33,000 nt of DNA from Octopus sinensis. Its lineage: Eukaryota. Positions 23,836-33,000 of the stretch are shown one piece after another; position 1 is the stretch's first letter, and each line of letters opens with the position of its first letter. Both the position numbers and the translations under genes were made by a program. The notes beneath the pieces are model-generated. The model did not search any database and was not told the DNA's origin. It worked only from the letters and a program-made list of their open reading frames with translations. The stretch lies in NCBI RefSeq assembly GCF_006345805.1, contig NC_043001.1:99851001-99884000 (forward strand). Direction: 5' to 3'.

Positions 23836-24139
23836 TATCTTTCTTTTCAGAGCATCTGCTAATACATTACATGTACTACGTCCTCGCATTGTTGTGTTTC
23901 CATCTTCGTTCTTCTTTTTTTGTATTTACTATATATATATATATATATATATAAACCTATATGTATACACATACACATATACACACATACATACCTATGT
24001 ACATGCACATATATATATACATACATGTACACACACACAGACACACACAAATATCTCTTCCAGCTCACATGCCCCACACCTCTGCCTATGCACCCACCAC
24101 TATCATCATCATAGACAAGGACACTCCTGATGGTCCAGC

Positions 24140-24292
24140 ACTCTTTACTCTCTTTTACTCTTTTACTTGTTTCAGTCATTTGACTGCGGCCATGCTGGAG
24201 CACCGCCTTTAATCGAGCAACTCGACCCTGGGACTTATTCCTTTGTAAGCCCAGTACTTATTCTATCAGTCTCTTTTGCCGAACCGCTAAGC
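24140..24292 (-). mobile_element. SINE family C with (GAGTAAAA)n tail
   Basis: cttgtttcagtcatttgactgcggccatgctggagcaccgccttta..cagtacttattctatc..gccgaaccgctaag is homologous to 6300-6432. The tail reads (ctctttta)n on the plus strand. Confidence 0.8.
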
Positions 24293-24296
24293 ACTA

Positions 24297-24618
24297 CTTC
24301 TATTCCAAACACGTTTGGTGCCAATTGCTGGCTTAATTTCGTTGGCCAGCAAAGCACTGTATCTTGCACTGTTGATCGTACAACCCCTTTACCAGAGAAA
24401 TCAGATCCCAGCTCTTTGTTCTTCTTTGGTGCACGTTGCTAATGGAGCACCCATGCTTACACTGCAGAGCCAGGAAGAAAAATGGCATGATCAGGCTCAA
24501 ACTTCGATCACGTGACCGCAATAGTACCAACTATAAGCACACACGTGCAGAAGGTAGTATGACAATAATAAAGGTATGTTATGGCGAAAGTGTGGATAAT
24601 TTTCGACTTCTTCTCATA
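24297..24618 (-). mobile_element. Internally deleted mariner transposon with one TIR
   Basis: ATG at 24454 gives MGAPLATCTKEEQRAGI*FLW, which joins directly to *RGCTINSARYSALLANEIKPAIGTKR. These are the N-terminal and pre-HDNARPH mariner transposase segments. TIR-like tatgagaagaagtcgaaaattatcc begins with TA at 24618. Confidence 0.8.
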
Positions 24619-25579
24619 CAAAATGATGGGGCACTGGCTTAAACATGCAAGAACAAATTGAACAGCAAATGGAAATATATTTTACACCATACTTCCAAAT
24701 ACTCTCCAATGGAATGTGCTGTATGCTCCCAAAGCTTGTGAGACTAAACTGTAATATCTGTAGCTGTGTTTGTTACTGAATGTATTATAAAAGTAGGTGT
24801 AGATAATCCAATCCATTATGTTGCAAAGAACTCAGTTCAAAAGAAATGATTTTTTTTTTATTGCATTTGTGTAATTTATTTAAAAATTTCTAATTTTAAT
24901 ATGACATTCCTCTGTGTATCTTGTTTTCTTGGCTAACTGTAGCAATTAACATATTTGATCTGGTTTCAGGCATTTAACTTGAAATGTTAATGAGCACTAT
25001 GCATTAAAATGTAATAAAGAGAACTTAGAAAACATAAGCAATGAAGCAAAACTAATACAAAATACATTTGTCGCTTTAGGCGTTGGGACATTGATTAGAG
25101 GTCTGGTGCAGCGTAAATGAAAGCAACAGTTTCTACTTTTTCATGGCAAGTGAAAGAGCAGACAAAAAGAATAAAAATATTAAAAAGCAAATTTATTTAT
25201 TGCAGAATTACATGTTTCTGAAAATAGAAAACTTAAAATATTTATATTAATTTTACATGATGGTTTTATCTACAATCAAGATGAAATCTCACAGAAACTC
25301 TTCATTAAATGACTGCAAGCTGACGCTACAGGGCTTGCCTTGTTACGACCCAGTGATTTGCTGTTCATTTAAGAAGTATCATTAACAAGATAACATTTTA
25401 TATCCATGATAAAAAAAAAATAATAAAAGAAAAACGAACTAAGTAAGAGCGGGGAGTAATCATCATCCCTTAAATGATCTGTTAATTAATTACCTACTTT
25501 TCTAATTAATTATCAGTTGCAAATCTGGGGAAAATATGAGTAATTTCAGTAAAATGGATTGTATTTCATTTCCACACAT

Positions 25580-25705
25580 AATGATAATGATGATGATGAT
25601 GATGATTATGATCATGATGATGAAGAAAATGAGGATGATGATGACGACAAAGAGAAGGAGGAGGAGGAGGGCGAAGAGGAGGAGGAAGACGACGATGATG
25701 AGAAG
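25580..25705. repeat. Compound (GAT)n/(GAG)n/(GAC)n trinucleotide repeat
   Basis: Direct reading. Confidence 0.9.
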
Positions 25706-26423
25706 ACAAGGAACAAAATGGTGAGGAAATGGAGTGAATATTGGCAATTTCTTTCTATGGTAGCAGAATGTTTCCCAAAGTTAGTTATTGTAAGGAGAAT
25801 AGAAACTGGATTTAATTGGGAGGAGAAACTCCAGGGTTTGATTACAGACAGAGAAGTAGATAAAGAAACACATATGGAAATTAAGACATAAGCACACAAC
25901 ATTCATGTAGCATACATACACACAGAATTACATACACATACAGGCTAATGCACACAAACATAGCCACTGACAAACGCAGCCATACACACTCATAACTTGC
26001 TCAAAGACATACATACACAGATATACACAGCTAAAATAAGCATGCAAACCCATTCAGGTGCTCGTCAGTCACCTTAATATTAAAATCAACATTCGTAGGT
26101 ACTTTATAACATTGATTCTTTCAAGTGGATACGAAAACATAGAAACATATTATGCCATACATAATATGTAGAATGGTCATTGGTACAAGAAACACTAGCT
26201 TTCATCAAATTCCTATTAGCAAAATGCTGACATCGTGACTAATTCATACTGAAGTCATGAAGTAAACTGCAAAACTAGCCTGGGTTGAAGTGAAAGATGT
26301 ACTGACATTACTATAAGCAACACTTGGTCCATGAGCCAAAAAGAGAGCATCTGTAGGTTCATTTGATCTACTAAATATAGCAGTCCTAGTTGCTATGTTA
26401 TATTTGGAACCTTTTCATTGCAG

Positions 26424-26501
26424 GTGCATTGGTTCAGAGCTGATCTGGGGTTAATCAACAACATTTCTAAGGCCTTAGTGAAACGAATAAAGAGGAACCC
26501 G
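26424..26501 (+). CDS. Isolated candidate exon (VHWFRADLGLINNISKALVKRIKRNP)
   Basis: Acceptor ccttttcattgcag, donor CCG|gtaatt, 78 nt, phase 0-0; the only open frame. Confidence 0.25.
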
Positions 26502-27794
26502 GTAATTTTGAAACAAGAGATTCATCAATTAAAATAAATATTCCTCTTTCATTAAATTGCAATGGTTGTGTAGCTTTGATGAAGTCTGTAGTTTTCAAGG
26601 TTTACCAAAATGTTTAGCCTGTGTTTCCTTGTACAAATATGAAAGAGAAGCTTATTTGAACTTCTAAAATAAAATTATTCAATTAGTGATAGATAAATTT
26701 CAAAATTGGTTACTCAAGTTTCATGTGAGTAATATTCTATTTGCACTGATTCAACAAAAGGAGATGGACTGAAAGATGAGTAGATAAACATTTACACTCA
26801 TACACATGTCATACCATAGAGTAATATACGTCCATAGTTACAGTATGTATGTAGTAAATTCATGCAACTCCTGCCAGCCTGGGAAAACAAGTGTTCCGAT
26901 GATAGTGATGGTGCTGGTGCATTGATGCGTACACACACATATATATATATATATGCATTCAATCATGCAAAGACATAAAGAAATGCTTTGATGTTTTTCG
27001 TAACTGTGTACATGACACACTTCTCCTGAATACAGAATATTTTAATATTTCACTCACAAACACACATTTTAATCTAACAATGATAAAATCTAATCGAAAA
27101 GGTGGGATTTCTTGTGTGCAGCAGCTGACATCCATATCCCTTCCACTACACATGACAGAAACTAGCTGAGATGAAATATAACCAGATTTAGCACAATCTA
27201 CCCCCTCACCCTCGCCACCATACAATCAATGATTGATCAATCGATGTATATTGACATGTTTCACTTCAATACACACAATATTTTATAGTTGTTATTCTCT
27301 CCAGTAACAACATTAACAATGATTGGAATTATTATTATCATTATTATTATTATTATTATTAGATGATTACGACTACAGTTTCAGTGAAGTAATAATACTA
27401 CTCATATATCTGTTCCCCCCACTCCTCACCAATTTATATTGGATCAAATAAACAGAATTTAAAATCTAGGTGTGCTGAATCTAAAAGATAGAGAGCTGAG
27501 ATATTTCAAATGAGATTATCCTTTCTCTTATCACAGATCAGACTAGCAATTCTCTAACTTTGGCATTTCTGACAGATTTCTCTTGTAGAACAGTTTCAAA
27601 AAGCTTTTTAAAAAATCTGAAAGATGTTTAAGGACATTATAATACCAAAACATTTAAGTGAAGAAGAAAAGAAAATGATTTATGTCTAAGGTAGGAAATT
27701 TGGATTGAAGTAGAGCATTAGGTTTCAAGTTAGTGATTGTTAAATTTAAGACAAATTCTTTAACTAGACAGACGAAAATATTGCTTCTGTTATG

Positions 27795-27827
<33 letters not shown>

Positions 27828-28599
27828 AGTATGCAGTTGACTTAGCATAATACTTTTTACATATTTTCAGTGCTGGAATAAGTCAATGGAGACTGTGAAT
27901 AAAAACAATTACGATCTTCAAAGTCAAGTGTATTAAAATGGAACTCTCAAATCTTAAACTGGGACAGTATCTAATTTCTTTTTGATGTGCATGTCATTGT
28001 TGATAAATGTTCCAACCAAAAAGAAGGCATTAAAACAACTAATTTAGGTTTTAGTATTATACGAAAATTCATGTTTAAGAAAATTCTGGTATTTTTGTCC
28101 AATCCTTAAGTTTCATTTCATTTGCTTCTATTTGTTTCCATAAAATATTGTTTGATTTCAACTATTTTGATAATAATTGATAGTTCTATGAAACTACAAC
28201 AAAAGGAATTCAAGTGACCATCAGAAAACACCATTGAGGATACCTGCACAAGATACTATGAAGGTTGAAACTCTAGCAAATCACTCAGAGAACCTAAGCA
28301 ATTCCCAAGTGAAATAGAAAACCAGATCAACAATGTCACTGACCAAGAGAAAGGTGATAAAAGTTATGGACAATTCTAAACTTTCTAAGCAAACTAGTGG
28401 TCTGGGATGATCATGATAAAAGTATTAAAAGCTGGAGCAAAACTACAAGAACAAAAAGCTGAGTGGGTAAGGTCACTCTTTCTGACACTTGCTCTTTGTG
28501 ACAATTAAAAAAGAAACAGAAGTATTAATCTTAAGAAGTTAATTAATATGAAGGCTTAGCAGCAGAGTCAGCCTTATATGCTAGTTGAGGAGATTAGAT

Positions 28600-29150
28600 T
28601 GCTTCTGGTTAGTAAAAGAAGAAGTAATAGGGAAAGAAGTTCCAGGAAGGGTTTCTCATATGCTGAAAGGATCACAATGTGTTGGTGTAAACTATTCAGG
28701 CAGTTAAGAAAGGTTCTTGTTCGGAGGTACGAGTTATTAGTTCTGCTTAAAACAACCAGAAACTATCACATGAAGGGAATAGATCAAAGAGAATATTTCA
28801 TTGCTATTTTAAATTGAGGCCATTCTATTTACTGAATGATTTCCTAATATTTAGAACTTCAAACACGTGATCTACCTTAAGAGAATAGTAGTGATATTGT
28901 TGAGGAGAATTTGGCTTCTGTAAGTTATGTAATCATGTTGAAGTTTAATTGTTGGCTTGAGATAATCAACTCAGGCGAGATGGAATTATCATCAAATGAT
29001 GGGTGTGGCAGCATCAAAGCCAATTGAAGATTCTAGAATCTGTCTTACTCTTTGCTTGCCTTGTCTTATCTCCAAAATTGAACTTATTGTTGCGGGATAG
29101 TTCTGTACGATGTTTTTAAATGTCAGGCTAAATTATTTTACACTGTTGTT
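28600..29150 (-). mobile_element. Highly decayed probable Penelope-like RT fragment
   Basis: Fragments in mixed frames: ELSRNNKFNFGDK (cf. LxxNxFxFxGKxY), SFDDNSI (cf. YxDDI), KFS and IRKS (cf. YRKPT). The order is collinear but there are many stops. Confidence 0.33.
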
Positions 29151-29924
29151 ATTATTACATGTTGGGAAAATCCTGCATCTGATTGTCATTTATAATCATC
29201 ACCATTTTATGCTTTTTTGTCAAAACTGGTAGAACAGAATGAGACAAACAGTTTCTTCGCCTCATTGAGATCTACGAATCTCTAACATGCACAACAACAA
29301 AGATAACTGGTCAACAGTGCAGTTAGGATTTTGGATGATAGTGATTTGAGGTGATGCAGCAAATTTGCATGGATAATTATCTCCATTCATTTGAATAAGT
29401 GAAGCCAATTGTTTATTAACTGAATGCTGAAGACAAAAAACAAAAAAAAGGTTCCATACACTTAGAAGAAATTGAAATAGCTGATGAGAATGAGAAGAAA
29501 TCAGCAAAATGATTGCTAACAGGCTTTCAGAACTAATCCCTTTGAGAATTCAAAAGATTTGTTGCTCATGGTGACAGAGAATGTGTATTAATAGAGATGC
29601 ATTAACATAAAAAAATTTATACGATTTAAAAAGCTCTATTTTTTGTAACTCAATACACAATCATTAATAGAATGCAGTCGAGAAAGTTGATGCCCAAATT
29701 TGGTATGGAGCAGAACAACTCAAGGGTAACTTTTATGTTATTTCTGTGAGGCACAACTTTAGTTATAGTGATTAATGTGAAACTAGTGATTGGAGAGTGA
29801 TCAATACCAGAAGGTTCAATGAGGGAAAAGTTTGTTGCATGTAAATTTTAATGTTGAGTAAGGCATCAGAAAAAAGTAATACAGTAAAAAAAAGTATTTT
29901 CTTTATTTCTATGAAGATGAGGTG

Positions 29925-30446
29925 TGCAGCAGAGAAGACTGCCCTGGTATGGTCATGTGATGCATATGGATGAGGAGAGCTGCATAAAGAAGTGATAATC
30001 TCTAATTGTGAAAGGAACCCATGAAAGAGGTAGATCCAGGATGATGTGGGATGAAGTGGTGAAATGTGATCTTCGGATGTTGAGTCTCATGGCAGCAATG
30101 ACAATGATTTCTGGCACATTGCTATACTTGAGAAGACATGTCAAGTTAAGTGAATTTGTTGTCATGGCTAGTGCCAGTGACACGTGAATGGCACCTGTGC
30201 CGATGACATGTGAAAGCACCCATGCCAGTAACATGTGAAAGACACCTATGCCAGTGAGATGTAAAAGGCACCCAGTACACACTGTTGGGTGGTTGGCATT
30301 AGAAAGGGGAACCAGCCATAAAAATCCAGCCAAAACAACATGGAACCTGGTGCCACACTCTGGCTTACCATCTCCAGTCAAACCCTCTAACCCAAGCCAG
30401 CATGGAAAATATATGTTAAATGTTGATGATGATGATGATGATGATG
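29925..30446 (+). mobile_element. RTE LINE 3' end with tandem 25-26 bp repeats and (GAT)n tail
   Basis: RRLPWYGHVMHMDEESCIKK..GTHERGRSRMMWDEVVKCDLRML, then four repeats at about 30171-30272, then the family A tail. Confidence 0.88.
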
Positions 30447-30769
30447 CAAACAACAAAGGAATTCTTTAAAGTGTATTTATGTATTTGTCTAAAAGATAAT
30501 GTTTAGAACAGAATTTAATCGTCATTCAGCACTACTAAAGTGTATGTCATGGGTGGAATATTTTTCTATTCATAGAAAAATATTCTGGATTCTCGTAATG
30601 CTCTGATGATATAAAACAACAACAAACTAGCTGACATTGTATGCTGCAAAATTTGTAGGAAAATAGAAACGGTCAAATCCCTGTCTTCTTTACACATAAA
30701 AAAAAGCGATATGTGAGTGTATATGACTCCCTCAAGCTCTGGCTTCAACCACTGGATGCTCTTCCAAAC

Positions 30770-31950
30770 GCCAACCACTTTAAGGTGGACAGATGAAGAA
30801 AGGAGATGCCATGTTTGAGTAGGCTACAGGGGCAGAGAAGAGAGATGGAAGAGGTGTAGTGCATGTGGAAAGAGAATTTGATGGTCCAGGGAGGTGGGGA
30901 AGGTATGGCCATAACATGTGGTGGTGGTGGTGGTGGAGAACATTCACAAAGAACGGTTAACAAGAGAGATGGTTCCAGATAGCAAGAAAGAAAAGTGGTA
31001 TTTAAGAGGAGGAAAAGAGCTGTGGTTGGGAAGATGTAGAGGAAGTGATTTGAAGATGGGATTGATTAAGGTGTGTGTATAATTAATAAAAAATGGAAAA
31101 AAGAAGGACAAGAAAAACACCAAACATTTTACAGTGCTTTTAAGTGGCACCTGCACTGACAGGGTCACTAAGTACTTGCAAGACAAAAACTTTTAAGAGG
31201 GGAGGAGGCATCGGAGGCGGTGATAATGAAAACGTTATAGTGAGACAGATATAGGTGTCTTGCTTAAGAGGAAGTACAAGGCCGGAGAGAGAAAGATGAT
31301 GAATGAAGACAGAAACAGGTGCACTAACACAAAGAAAATACATGGTTACCCAACCTGAGGGAGGTGCAGGAGGAGAGAGAGAGAGAAAGAGAAGGATACC
31401 ACAGGATGTAGATGGTGGCAAAATGCCGGGCATACTCACAAGGAATAGGGATCAGCGTATAAAAGAGATGGTTGAGTAAAGGAAGAGAGAAAATATAGAT
31501 AAGTGGCAAAAGACCTGAGTATATATAGATTTGGTGGGGCTACTGGATAGCAATGATACAGAGGAACAGAGGTGTGAGGACAGGATTGGGGAGTGAGAGC
31601 TAGGCATAGTGAATAGAGGAGGAAATGCGTAAAAGAGAAGAGATGTAAATTGGTTTGTTGGGGTAGAGTGAGGGGAAAGTTTTCTTGTTAGTCCTGGGTG
31701 GATTAGCAGATGGCAATAACAGAGTGAGACAAGGTATGTGGGTACAACACACAGGTTGGGGGCAAGCAGAGAGCAATGATACAGTGGCACTGGGCCAGGG
31801 CCAAGAGGACAAGATTGGGGAGTGGGAAGTAATCATAGTACATGAAGTGGAAATGTAAGGAAGAGAAGGGATGTTGAGACGTAGTTTGATTTGTTGTGGT
31901 AAAGTGTGTGAGAAGTTTTCTTAAGTGTGGGTGAGACACACAGCACTTCT
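30770..31950 (-). mobile_element. Degenerate RTE-type 3' UTR copies (purine-rich on plus strand)
   Basis: ctggatgctcttccaaacgccaaccacttt at about 30783 is the family A core reversed. tttaagtggcacctgcactgacagggtcactaagtacttgcaag at about 31139 resembles 16643-16690 and 21386-21430. Purine-rich tracts follow both. Confidence 0.55.
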
Positions 31951-32189
31951 AGAACTCAGTTTTGCTGATATAAGTAATAAAGGTGGCTTATTCACAATCT
32001 ACAACCAAAAAGCAGAACTATGGATGTCACTAAAGTGACCAAGGGTACTAGTTAGCTACAGCATTGCTAGAAATAAGAGTCAAAACAACTCTTAGCCATG
32101 ATAAGACACTTATCATATGACTGACAAGAGAGGTAAGCTCCCTACATTTTCTGGAACATATATATATATATTTTTCAAATCCAGTTTAA

Positions 32190-32420
32190 TCAGATAGCTT
32201 TCCCTCCATCATCATGCACAACATCAGTCTTTCTCTTCCTCTCCTACTCCTGAGACCAACCCAACATTATGTCCTCCCCCCCTCTCTCTCTCCCTCTTGT
32301 ATATCTCCTGTCTACTGCCTCATCATTACTATTCTACTGCACTGCACTGTCAGTCATCTCCTACTCCCTCCTCACTATCTCCTCCATATTATTGTGCATC
32401 ACCATCACACAAGTGATGCA
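32190..32420 (+). repeat. Pyrimidine-rich low-complexity tract, probably the same UTR family in opposite orientation
   Basis: CT-rich composition resembles the reverse complement of the 16.8, 21.5 and 31 kb tracts; no alignment made. Confidence 0.4.
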
Positions 32421-32459
32421 GCTTCTTTCCTCTCCATCACAAAAAACACATCTGGGGAA

Positions 32460-32645
32460 ATGACAGACTTTGCTTTGGTTATGACAGTCAGCGTTCCAGT
32501 TGATTCAATTAACAGAACAGCCCACTCATGAAACTAACAAGCAAGTGGCTGAGCACTCCACAGACACGTATGCTCTTAATGTAGTTCTCGGGGAGATACA
32601 GCAGGATATACAGACTGTGACAAGGCTGGGCCCTATCAATTACAG
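32460..32645 (+). repeat. Probable SINE fragment
   Basis: gctgagcactccacagacacg..gtagttctcggggaga..gtgacaaggctgg matches my recollection of a common octopus repeat. There is no second copy in this window. Confidence 0.4.
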
Positions 32646-32889
32646 GTGTTATTCAAATTCTTTTACTTCTGACTCATGCTTCAAAGATATCAGTGTTGCT
32701 ACTCTGGTAACTATTTATCCTTTTTTCCATGTTAATTATTAACAAGGGAAAAATTCACACACACACACACCCATCCATCCATCCATCTAGCCATCCATAT
32801 ATATATATATATATATATATATGTTGCCCTGATTGCTTGCTAAATCCACAAGTTTTTTTAATTCTCTCCCTGTTTATTTCCTCGTGTAC

Positions 32890-32925
32890 CTTTCTGTTGA
32901 AGAGCATAGGCTCAAAACGTAAAAG
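32890..32925 (+). ncRNA. Degenerate minimal type I hammerhead-ribozyme-like motif
   Basis: CUUU / CUGUUGA-A / GAGC-AUAG-GCUC / AAAA / CGU-A / AAAG gives stem I CUUU:AAAG, a 4-bp stem II, a palindromic ACGU stem III and a GUA cleavage triplet. Two core deviations: A6U and G12A. Confidence 0.5.
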
Positions 32926-33000
32926 ACTTTCTCACTTTCCCAAGCGTCAAGCTAATACACCTGTTTGTTGTTTATACCCCTGTCTTCGTCTTTTGTTTTT

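Noticed and set aside
23636-24212. IYIY and THTH ORFs
   Set aside because: Translations of (TA)n and (CA)n repeats.
25502-25902. Acidic D/E-rich 110-aa ORF and overlapping ORFs
   Set aside because: Open in several frames because of the trinucleotide repeat; no convincing splice sites or domain.
29481-29506. CTGATGAG...GAAA as a hammerhead core
   Set aside because: The intervening sequence cannot form stem II, and there is no stem III or cleavage triplet.
32500-32742. 80-aa ORF
   Set aside because: Overlaps a probable SINE fragment; no recognisable protein features.

Overview
AT-rich, repeat-dense eukaryotic non-coding DNA. It is most likely octopus or another coleoid cephalopod; this is inferred from repeat families I recognise and was not searched. 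I recognise no complete host gene, rRNA, tRNA or CRISPR array. The window is a palimpsest of decayed mobile elements: a Helitron helicase fragment beside a foldback repeat, CR1/L2-like, Jockey/I-like, R4/Dong-like and RTE LINE fragments, Penelope-like elements, an internally deleted mariner, several SINE families and many microsatellites. Most ORFs in the supplied track are microsatellite or antisense-repeat artefacts. The most notable observations are: a minimal hammerhead-ribozyme-like motif at 32890-32925; a three-layer nested insertion at 13643-14250; a Penelope ORF carrying an in-frame Asn-rich microsatellite linker; RTE copies with very long polypyrimidine 3' UTRs; and two low-confidence, phase-compatible chains of candidate host exons.
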